In this document: positions 18,233 through 26,110 of the stretch, piece after piece
Numbering within the stretch: position 1 is the stretch's first letter
Layout of the letters: each line of letters opens with the position of its first letter
Assembly (NCBI GenBank): GCA_965219535.1
Contig: CBDCNV010000001.1
Coordinates: 120,001 to 152,000, forward strand
Direction: 5' to 3'
From: Opitutales bacterium
Lineage (GTDB): Bacteria; Verrucomicrobiota; Verrucomicrobiia; Opitutales; PNEW01
Length of the DNA stretch: 32,000 nucleotides
Position numbers and translations under genes: made by a program
The notes under the pieces: model-generated
What the model saw: only the letters and a program-made list of their open reading frames with translations
Told to the model about the DNA's origin: nothing
Databases searched by the model: none

Positions 18233-18298
18233 TTACTCGATCGTCACTTCTTCAGTCAGCACTGTTACCTCTGCATCATCCTCGTTGATGAAGATTGC
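18233..18298 (-). pseudogene. Orphan 3'-terminal relic (21 codons plus stop) of a third gene carrying the conserved C-terminal module
   Basis: The reverse-strand translation 'AIFINEDDAEVTVLTEEVTIE*' aligns with 'ATFANEDGEDITVTIDEITIE*' (11/21 identical, and the same terminal 'TIE-stop'). The frame is closed three codons further upstream by a stop at 18305..18307. Confidence 0.7.
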
Positions 18299-18325
18299 GG
18301 GCGCTTACGCGCGTGTTATGTTTTA

Positions 18326-18379
18326 AGTTTTAGGTGTTAAGCAATTTTATCTAAAACCTAACACTTAACACCTAAAACT
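18326..18379 (-). terminator. Perfect 16-bp-stem hairpin directly downstream of the 18390..20507 gene (candidate terminator)
   Basis: 'agttttaggtgttaag' (18326..18341) and 'cttaacacctaaaact' (18364..18379) are exact reverse complements separated by a 22-nt loop. The hairpin begins 10 nt after the stop codon. The U-tract on the minus strand is weak (ttaaaac). Confidence 0.45.
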
Positions 18380-18389
18380 GATCGTTAGA

Positions 18390-20507
18390 TCATTCAATCG
18401 TGATCTCATCAGTCGCCACGTTGACGTCATCACCGTCTTCGTTGGCAAAAGTGGCAATTATGCTTTGTGTTGGCTGAAGTTCCCCATCCGACTTAACATT
18501 GTTCTGAGAAGTTAACATTTCAAATCCAGGGTTTGAAGACTCACCCTGGGCAATAACAATAGAGGCACCATTACTCTGCAGAAGATCACCTCCAGTAATT
18601 CTTAAGCCGGGGATTGGCGCATCCACCGTGAAAGAATTATCTCCAAACAATAGATGTGGTACCGCATCACCACGGGCATTGATATCTCCAATCAATACGC
18701 GAACAGAAATTGAAACTCCCGGTGCTTTTAAACCCACGTCACCTGAGGATGCACTAAAGTGTGTATTCGCGCAGAGAATTCCCCCAAATTCTGATGAATT
18801 AGTAATTTCTAATAGCGCTATGTCCGCTATCGCGTCGTAAGTCTCACCACCGGGGAACAAAGCTTGATTTATTGCATTAGCTCTACCCACGGTAAATATA
18901 CTCAAGAAAGTACTAGCGTCAGCCTCCTCTACTTTAATTCTGGCACTCCCCTTTACATAATTGATATCCTGATTGTATTTCTTTGGCCGGTTGGGAAGCT
19001 CATAAGAACTCGGATCTATAATGATCGTTAGCTTCCCCGCTCCAAAAAATTCTACTTGTACAATATCATCGTCTTCGTCGATAAAAGACACCCTGGATAT
19101 TTGCTCTGGGTCTGCTATTAATTCAACGCTTGGTCCAGTTAATAATACCTGGTCAATCACATTGCCATTGGGATGCTCTATATTTGACCCGACTTGTGAT
19201 CCGTTTCCCTGCAATAGAACATTTTCGTCGGAGTCTGGATCATCGGAATCGACAACTCCATCGCCATCTGTGTCTTTCACACGGATATCGCTTATTTCGC
19301 TTTCATTCTCGTCTCTATTATCATTGTCATCTATGTTGTCTTCTTTATCGAGTATTTCATCGCTGTCTGAAACCACAAATGCAAACTCCCCGTCCAGCCC
19401 AATTAAAGCTGCATATTCGTTATCACCAATGATGAGATTGAAGCGTATAGGATTGGCCGTCTCAGACAGATCGATTCCCCAAGCCTCGACAATAAATTTG
19501 AACGACTCATCATCTCGCTCTAATAATTCAAAAAATATCCCGGCACCATTTAATTCTCCTTCAAAAGCGAAATATCCAGGTTCCACCTCCGTAAATGCAC
19601 CCGCGGGAATCTCAATAACCGAGGTCCCGAATGCAACCCTCACTCCATCATTAATCGGATCAATTCCGTCATTTGTCGCGCCTTGGAGAATTTTACCACT
19701 GACCGCGTATCCATCAACAATAGATGGGAAAGATTCATATCTAATCTCCAGGTCATTGATTGTAAATATCGATACTGGAAAATTATCATCCTCATTCTCG
19801 TGAACTTCGTCGTCAAATTCATCAAAGTCATGGCCATCTTCTTCAAATTCATTTTCCTCTTCGTGAAAGTACTCCTCGTCCTCCCACGCGAAGTCGCCCT
19901 CTTCATCAATGTCGTTGTCTCCTGTAAAGCCATCATCGTTGTCGCTTAACTCAAAATGCAGCTCATCATCTATACGAATCATTGCTTCTCCCTCATCATT
20001 GCCTATCCTGATCGCAATTGTTATAGGATTGAGCGTACCTGTCAGATCAACTCCCTCGGCTCTTACTTCAGCTACATAGATTTCATCATCTCGTTCTATT
20101 AGTTCAAAAATAATTCCACCACCATTTATTTCTTCCTCAACCACATAATATCCAGGTTCCACCTCTGTAAACGAGCCCGGTGGAAGTTCTATAACAAAGG
20201 CACCGACTGATAATCTCAGATCTTCATTAACCGGGTCAATTCCTTCACTTGTTATATTAACTGAAAATTCGCCCCTGAACTCAAAGGCATCATTAACGAC
20301 AGGGAATGATTCAAAAATAATTACAGCTCTTGTAATTGTGAATTCTTGAAAAAGATCCCCTTTTACAAGCAAGGGAGTTACTAAACACGATAATGTTAAT
20401 AACAATTGGCGAACAAACAGCGATTCAGCAAATGACTGCCAAAGAACGAAGTTAGTAAGATACCGGCGTGAATTAATTTCAGATTTTTGATTATTTAAAG
20501 CTTTCAT
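18390..20507 (-). CDS. Secreted, highly acidic protein (705 aa): internally duplicated ~135-aa domain x2, D/E-rich linkers, a Ca-binding-like 'DTDGDGVVDSDDPDSDE' segment, then the conserved 275-aa C-terminal module
   Basis: Hydrophobic signal-like segment 'LLLTLSCLVTPLLV'. Repeat 1 (aa 56-189) and repeat 2 (aa 246-383) share 'ESFP...GIDP.N...R...G..VIE.P.G.FTEVEPGY......NG.GI.FEL.ERDDE'. The C-terminus is shared with 8608..11826. Confidence 0.8.
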   Translation of the reverse strand: MKALNNQKSEINSRRYLTNFVLWQSFAESLFVRQLLLTLSCLVTPLLVKGDLFQEFTITRAVIIFESFPVVNDAFEFRGEFSVNITSEGIDPVNEDLRLSVGAFVIELPPGSFTEVEPGYYVVEEEINGGGIIFELIERDDEIYVAEVRAEGVDLTGTLNPITIAIRIGNDEGEAMIRIDDELHFELSDNDDGFTGDNDIDEEGDFAWEDEEYFHEEENEFEEDGHDFDEFDDEVHENEDDNFPVSIFTINDLEIRYESFPSIVDGYAVSGKILQGATNDGIDPINDGVRVAFGTSVIEIPAGAFTEVEPGYFAFEGELNGAGIFFELLERDDESFKFIVEAWGIDLSETANPIRFNLIIGDNEYAALIGLDGEFAFVVSDSDEILDKEDNIDDNDNRDENESEISDIRVKDTDGDGVVDSDDPDSDENVLLQGNGSQVGSNIEHPNGNVIDQVLLTGPSVELIADPEQISRVSFIDEDDDIVQVEFFGAGKLTIIIDPSSYELPNRPKKYNQDINYVKGSARIKVEEADASTFLSIFTVGRANAINQALFPGGETYDAIADIALLEITNSSEFGGILCANTHFSASSGDVGLKAPGVSISVRVLIGDINARGDAVPHLLFGDNSFTVDAPIPGLRITGGDLLQSNGASIVIAQGESSNPGFEMLTSQNNVKSDGELQPTQSIIATFANEDGDDVNVATDEITIE
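18393..19220 (-). other. Conserved C-terminal module, copy 2 (aa 431-705, ends ...ATFANEDGDDVNVATDEITIE)
   Basis: See copy 1. In addition, a 22-nt run spanning the stop codon is identical in both genes ('atcattcaatcgtgatctcatc' at 8607..8628 and 18389..18410). Confidence 0.8.
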
Positions 20508-20564
20508 TTTTTATATATCTCCAGGTAGAAGTATGTTAATTAGCTCTACTATTCTAATCCTTGG

Positions 20565-20591
20565 CTCTTATAATTTTAAAAATTATAAGAG
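20565..20591. promoter_or_regulatory. Perfect 27-bp palindrome (13+1+13) in the upstream region of the 18390..20507 gene; candidate operator
   Basis: 'ctcttataatttt a aaaattataagag'. It lies 58-84 nt upstream of the ATG at 20507 and contains tataat-like hexamers on both strands. Confidence 0.4.
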
Positions 20592-21033
20592 TACGACACA
20601 GTCGTGATTATTGATAAACCCAAGTTAGCAAAACATAGCAGTAAACGAAAAACCAATAATAACGTCTCACTTTTAAAAGACAAAACTAATGGTAATATCA
20701 GCTATAGATTTATATTTTTTTAACAGGGTAGTATAATTATAATTTTGATAATTCAAAAAGCAGCTAACCCGATTAATATATTTTGAATCACCGTATAAAT
20801 TTAACGACTCCACTCTAACGAACTATTTAAGGAATAATAATTAGAACGTTATTTTTATTCTTTATCTAGCATTTCAGAATTTTTAAAATGCTCCAGATAT
20901 TCACGGGTAGAATTTATAATTCATAATTTCAAATCAGGGTTTGAGTATGTTAACGACGCGTATAAAATAGACTTTAACGTTTGGGATGATCCCTACGGTA
21001 AATCTGGAATTATGAGCTTCGGATAACTCCACG

Positions 21034-21849
21034 ATGAATACACCTCCTTTATCTGTTCTCAGTGCGTTCGAGTGTGATTGTGATCCCATACCTTTAGACA
21101 TTAACGCAAACCGAGTTTTTCGTTGCGGCGAAAGCGTCCTCAAACGAATAGACAGTTATGTGGAATCTGAAGGCACCGCTATTCTGCAGGTTCAAATTTC
21201 AAGCGATGAATTTCGTATGCCGCGTCCGATTCAATCTTGTGAAGGCACCTACGTCTACGAGGGATGGACCGCCTTTGAATATCTCGATGGGAAGTTCGAA
21301 CGTGGTAGATCGGAGGATGTGATTGACCTGTGTATCACCTTTCATGATGCCGTATTCGGCTTCCTTCGACCGGCTTTTCTGGACGATAACGAGAATCCAT
21401 GGACGATAGCGGATCACGTTGTTTGGGATGAGCAGCCCTATACACCAGATCCGAAGATTGCGTCATCCGTGGAGAAACTACAGTCCATTCTAAGGGCGAT
21501 AGATCAGCCAAGTCAGTTAATCCATGGAGATTTTTCAGAAAATGTCCTTTTCTCAGAGAATCATCCACCGGTGGTCATCGATTTCTCACCGTATTGGCGA
21601 CCGGCCGGCTTCGCCCTGGGTATCGTGGTTGCAGATGCATTGGTTTGGGGTGGAGCGGATGATTCGATTTTTGAGAAGATTCCGCCGCTACCTGATTTCG
21701 ACCAACTGTTGGCTCGAGCAGAACTCCGTCGGATCATCGAACTTGATACAAACGCGAGAATAGGTCTGAACAACAAGCTTGATGAAATTGTCGCCCATCA
21801 GCCGACGATCGATCTAATATGTGAAAGGATTCGTCAGACGTCTTCTTGA
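21034..21849 (+). CDS. Aminoglycoside/choline-kinase-like phosphotransferase (APH family fold)
   Basis: 'LIHGDFSENVLFSENHPPVVIDFS' matches the catalytic-loop and Mg-binding pattern HGD....N......IDF of APH/ChoK-type kinases. 271 aa. Confidence 0.65.
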   Translation: MNTPPLSVLSAFECDCDPIPLDINANRVFRCGESVLKRIDSYVESEGTAILQVQISSDEFRMPRPIQSCEGTYVYEGWTAFEYLDGKFERGRSEDVIDLCITFHDAVFGFLRPAFLDDNENPWTIADHVVWDEQPYTPDPKIASSVEKLQSILRAIDQPSQLIHGDFSENVLFSENHPPVVIDFSPYWRPAGFALGIVVADALVWGGADDSIFEKIPPLPDFDQLLARAELRRIIELDTNARIGLNNKLDEIVAHQPTIDLICERIRQTSS

Positions 21850-21971
21850 AAGTGCTATTCGGAACTTTCTGGACGTGGATAGGCTAATAATTCACCTAGG
21901 AACATAACAGAACCAACCACGATCACCTGCACTTGTAACCTTAAACGGCGTCGCGTGGCACGCTACCATGA

Positions 21972-23159
21972 TTACTCGACTTTTGCTTCCAGCGTGATGG
22001 ACGCGGTCCGCTTGGGCTTGGTGAGGGAATTCAGAACCTCGAACTCAAGCTCGATCTTTTCGACCTTATTGCCGGTCCTGACCCGGAGTCGTTCTGTTGA
22101 ATGTTGCGGAACTACGATAATGTTCGTATGATCGTTAAAGCTGTAATCGCTTTTGTTCCTTAAGTGAAAGTCTGCGTCTGAGAAGTTTGTAAGGTTGACG
22201 CTCAGGATTTCCCCGTCTCCGTAGCTGGCGCCATGCAGCGATAGACAAGCTTCGAGTAGAGGACCCAGATGTTCGACCCGCCCTATCAGCATATCTCCGA
22301 ACCAGACCACGGTGCGTCGCTTAAACATGGCTTCCCTGATAGATTCCATCGTCCTTTCCTCGGCAAAAACCAGGGTCACCGGGCGGTGGCCGCCCTTGTG
22401 TGGCTCGTAATCCCAGTCGATCAGGCCGTGAATGTCGGACGTGCCGACGAGTGTCAGATCGTATTTAAGCGCGATCTGAAATGACTCCTCTGAATAACTG
22501 CCCCCATTTGCTATTTCGATCCCATGAAGCAGCTCCGCTTTCGCGTTCTTTCTATGAAAGTCGGGCATGATGGTTATCCCGTTCGGAAAATGGGGGCTCC
22601 ACCAGCTGTGGTTCCAGAATACGAAAGCACCTTGTGCGTTGGCGGCTTCGACTGCTTCCTGGGCAGGCCACTCATGCGCCTTGGCGCTGAAAGTTTTTGG
22701 ATCCTGCTGTTCGTTTGGATCCGGAACGCTGACTAACGCGTTCGCATCCTCAATAAAGATAGCGTTCATATGGCTCGCTGGCGCCCTGCGTGTGATCTCC
22801 ACTCCGGGTACGACAATAAGATCGGATTTCTCCGCCGCACTGACGGCATCTTCAAAAGATCGATTGCGGTCAGGATGAGGAATGTCTTCGAGGTGCGGCT
22901 GGTATTCCAGATGCTCGGTGATAGCCATCGCATCCAGTCCGTCTCGCAGAGCTTCAGCCACCCGTATGCGGGGCCAGACATGACCGTCGGAGAAGACCGA
23001 GTGCGTATGAGGATCAAAAATAATTGTCAAGTACTGGGACGTGTCGGGAAAAGTGATCCTTCGGGCTTCGTCCTCGGGCGGGATACTCGCGCGACCGTGC
23101 CCGAATAACACGCTCGTCACCGTCATTGAGAATATTAGAAATATGATCGCTGTTTTCAT
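21972..23159 (-). CDS. Secreted PHP-domain metal-dependent phosphoesterase
   Basis: Signal peptide 'MKTAIIFLIFSMTVTSVLFG'. 'DPHTHSVFSDGH' is the H.H...SDG motif of PHP domains, followed by 'AITEH' and further His/Asp ligand-like positions. Confidence 0.7.
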   Translation of the reverse strand: MKTAIIFLIFSMTVTSVLFGHGRASIPPEDEARRITFPDTSQYLTIIFDPHTHSVFSDGHVWPRIRVAEALRDGLDAMAITEHLEYQPHLEDIPHPDRNRSFEDAVSAAEKSDLIVVPGVEITRRAPASHMNAIFIEDANALVSVPDPNEQQDPKTFSAKAHEWPAQEAVEAANAQGAFVFWNHSWWSPHFPNGITIMPDFHRKNAKAELLHGIEIANGGSYSEESFQIALKYDLTLVGTSDIHGLIDWDYEPHKGGHRPVTLVFAEERTMESIREAMFKRRTVVWFGDMLIGRVEHLGPLLEACLSLHGASYGDGEILSVNLTNFSDADFHLRNKSDYSFNDHTNIIVVPQHSTERLRVRTGNKVEKIELEFEVLNSLTKPKRTASITLEAKVE

Positions 23160-23234
23160 AGTCGTCTCCTAACTGGGTTCAGATTATTTGTTTGATGTCA
23201 GGGCGATCGCGGGCTTATGAAATCAGCAACAGGC

Positions 23235-25754
23235 CTAAACCGCCAGGATATCGCGCTGGCGTGCCAGACGGTTGTCGCGATCTTTGGCGAAATGTTTAAT
23301 CCCGGTAAAGATCGAATCGGCATCCAGATGGGCCTCGGCGATCACATCTGCTTCGGTGCCACCAGTAAGCCACTGGTTGTCCCAGTCCGAGGTCAGCGAA
23401 TATTCGTCCGTTAACGGCCCGACGTCACGCACCGGCCACATCCGTCGCGTTCCTGTGCTCACCACCATCATGTCGTATCGCGCTTCAGGCGGAAACACTG
23501 CGCTGCGGTAGTCACTGGATTGCAAATCGAAAAGTTCCTCACTTATGGCAGCAATGATTTTCAAGTTGAGCCCTTCGTTCTCCAGGCGCTGCAAAACGCT
23601 AACAAGGTTAACTGTGGAGTTTGACCCCTGCACGACCACATAGCCGTGTTTGGGTTTGCCCTGATCAAAATCACGAATGACATAGAACCCTTTAGCTGCG
23701 GCTTTGAGATCAGGATGGGCAAATGTGCTGCGATCCGCCACCGGAAAATCAGGACGTGCCACTTCGATAATAATTATGTTAACCTTGGGATCTCTTGCAG
23801 CGACTTCTGCAGCAGCGAAATAGCCGGGTGCAACATCGTTGTAATCCCAGAAACTGAGATGAATCGTTTGACCGCGCGGAAAAAGTTTCCATACCTGGGG
23901 CGCAAAAATACCAAAATGAGTACGGGCATCGGCCGCGGTCTCCGGCCCCGAATGGCCAGCCAGAATATGCAGCACGCCCATCCGGAAACAACTGTCCTGG
24001 CTCTGCTGAGCCCAAACCCGGGCAGGCGTGTACATTAGTGGGGTAAAAGAGCCATAAGTACCACTCAAAGCCCAAACCCCGGCGAATTTTTCTGAATCTA
24101 GCGACGCGCTCTGACTTATTAGTCCAATGGCGCTCGATACGTTCCCTGCTTCCTGGATAGCCGCTTTGACCCGCGTACCGGCCGGATTGTTGACCGGATT
24201 ATAATGGCCCCACAAGCTGCCTTTTTCAACGTTAATGGAACCCGAAAGATCAGCCGCAAGGGTAAAAAACCTGTTGTCAGTCACATAATTCATCCATTTT
24301 ATAATTTCTGAAATACACTGGCGTGTCCCGGCCATTGCTCCCGCCTTCTTGAAAAGGGTGATGTTAACTTCCTTTTCTTCGTCAGATATTGGATTCTTTA
24401 TAGTAGGCGTTTGCGGTTCGATCGGGAGATTCTTCACCAGAAGGCGGTCATCCAGAAAGGGATCGCGCGTTACGTCCATCTTCAACGGTGGATCGTCCTG
24501 GACAGAATCGCCGATTTCCAAAAGACGGCCAGCCAGCCAATCCCCAAGTCCGTTTCGTTCGAGAAGCGACATGACGATGTCGATGTTGGTTTTAAACTGT
24601 ATTAGACGTTCACGTGTATCAGTCACCACTCCCTCACGAATACCTTCGAATTCTATTCCATAATGCTTCTCAAATGTCTCTGCGAGGGCGACAAAATACT
24701 CCGAGTTCATTTTAAATGCATAGGGATGACTTGGGTAGCTGATCACCTGATCTCCGTAGCCAGGAATTTTTCCATCGACGGCGGTGGGCCAATAGCCCTT
24801 TACCGTGTTGCCGATCACGATCATCGGGCGGCGGTCGTTTGGATCCCAGTCCTCCATGGTTTTGAGGGCGGCAATAACCTGATCATAATCATTGCCATTC
24901 TCCAGAGCAAAGACATTCCATCCATAGGAAGTCCATTGATCCTCAATCTTGTAACGGTCAAACTTTGTATCGACCACGCCACCTATCAGTGTATCATCGA
25001 TGCCCGCATTATTATAAGAAAGCAGAAGACGCAGGCGTTTGCCTACCTGGGTCGCCATAGCCTGGGTTTTTAACTCCTGGGCATGTCCCTCGGTCATAGC
25101 AAATTCACCTTCCAGAGCGAGCACTTTAAGTGAATCGGGGGCACCTAAAATATTCCAGAATGTCGCTTTTCCCGCGGAGGAAGCAATACCAAGGCCCGAT
25201 GGCCCGCCGTTGACATCGTTAGTCATATCGGTTGATTCAGCATGACCTGCTAAAGAACGGATACCGCGCAATTTTGCTTGTGCAAAGAGTGGATGGTCTT
25301 CCAGGCCGTGCTCTTTCAACAAGGTTTTTAGAGGGCCTGCACCGCGTCGAAAGCCCAACGCGTCGATAGGTAAAAAGGTAACTTCCGGTGCAACATGGTA
25401 ACGCGAATCACCTGTAGCCAAATGCTTGCGCGCCAGGGTCTCGCCCATAATCATCCACAGGGCATAGGCGGTAGGAATGTTGTGCCCACCGGCAAGCATG
25501 AATTTGTCGCAAAACGGATGCTTAGGCCTGCGGTAGTCGTAACGTAGACCTCCGAGCTGGGGACCGGCTAAATGGATCGCCACATTGTAAGGCGTGTACG
25601 CTAACGGCCCGCCAAAATGGCCCGTCTGAGAATAATTACAAAAAAGCACCATCGTCATACAAGTCATGTAACCGATGTCCTCTAATCGTTCACGATCATA
25701 AGCTACTGTTAGTGGCTCAACAGCCGACAATAAAGTGTCCGTATTCATGGTCAT
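23235..25754 (-). CDS. Transketolase-family thiamine-diphosphate enzyme, long fused form (839 aa)
   Basis: 'SQTGHFGGPLAYTPY', 'DKFMLAGGHNIPTAYAL', 'GGPSGLGIASSAGKA' and 'ALEGEFAMTEGHAQE...LLSYNNAGIDD' parallel the transketolase blocks SGH.G..LS, DRF.LS.GH, TGPLGQG and GDG..MEG...E...DN.I.IDG. Confidence 0.65.
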   Translation of the reverse strand: MTMNTDTLLSAVEPLTVAYDRERLEDIGYMTCMTMVLFCNYSQTGHFGGPLAYTPYNVAIHLAGPQLGGLRYDYRRPKHPFCDKFMLAGGHNIPTAYALWMIMGETLARKHLATGDSRYHVAPEVTFLPIDALGFRRGAGPLKTLLKEHGLEDHPLFAQAKLRGIRSLAGHAESTDMTNDVNGGPSGLGIASSAGKATFWNILGAPDSLKVLALEGEFAMTEGHAQELKTQAMATQVGKRLRLLLSYNNAGIDDTLIGGVVDTKFDRYKIEDQWTSYGWNVFALENGNDYDQVIAALKTMEDWDPNDRRPMIVIGNTVKGYWPTAVDGKIPGYGDQVISYPSHPYAFKMNSEYFVALAETFEKHYGIEFEGIREGVVTDTRERLIQFKTNIDIVMSLLERNGLGDWLAGRLLEIGDSVQDDPPLKMDVTRDPFLDDRLLVKNLPIEPQTPTIKNPISDEEKEVNITLFKKAGAMAGTRQCISEIIKWMNYVTDNRFFTLAADLSGSINVEKGSLWGHYNPVNNPAGTRVKAAIQEAGNVSSAIGLISQSASLDSEKFAGVWALSGTYGSFTPLMYTPARVWAQQSQDSCFRMGVLHILAGHSGPETAADARTHFGIFAPQVWKLFPRGQTIHLSFWDYNDVAPGYFAAAEVAARDPKVNIIIIEVARPDFPVADRSTFAHPDLKAAAKGFYVIRDFDQGKPKHGYVVVQGSNSTVNLVSVLQRLENEGLNLKIIAAISEELFDLQSSDYRSAVFPPEARYDMMVVSTGTRRMWPVRDVGPLTDEYSLTSDWDNQWLTGGTEADVIAEAHLDADSIFTGIKHFAKDRDNRLARQRDILAV

Positions 25755-26110
25755 CGCAATACCTCGTCAGTTTGGTTTAGATATTAGGTTTTGGTAAATT
25801 TGAGATGCTGAGTTATTTCACTAAAGAGTGCCTCTGTCAAAATTGTTGTATCCGCACTTATTGAGATACCGTTTTTCGTACCAATTTTTAAGTGAGTAAG
25901 TTACCGGGTGTTAATGGTTTTAGGATTGATGACTATGAGAGATCTTGGCGAAGTGAGGGCATAGCACAACCACGGCCAAGTTCTGAAGGAATCTGACAAA
26001 CTTTTGTAGGCTTTTAAAGCCTAATAGACTGTGGGGATGTTTATTGTTATAGGTATGACTCCATTGTTCGATTACTATTTGCGCTTCAGCTGTAGCGCCA
26101 ACTTAATAAC

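Noticed and set aside
19021-19803. 260-aa plus-strand ORF antisense to the acidic protein gene
   Set aside because: It is a Ser/Ile/Leu-rich low-complexity product generated by reading D/E-rich codons in antisense. The minus-strand frame has a signal peptide and conserved domains.
20907-20919. Shared 12-mer 'agaatttataat' here and at 29449..29460 as a common promoter element
   Set aside because: A short AT-rich match in AT-rich intergenic DNA, seen only twice, is not distinguishable from chance.
26007-26023. Hairpin 'taggctt-tta-aagccta' as the terminator of the 26111..28039 gene
   Set aside because: It has a 7-bp AT-rich stem and a 3-nt loop, lies ~90 nt from the stop, and has only a weak T-run on the relevant strand. 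That is too weak to call.
25755-26110. Riboswitch (for example TPP) in the 356-nt leader upstream of the transketolase-like gene
   Set aside because: I could not find the conserved TPP-riboswitch strings ('ctgaga...' or 'acctgatctggataatgccagcg'-like) or any other convincing structured motif on the minus strand.
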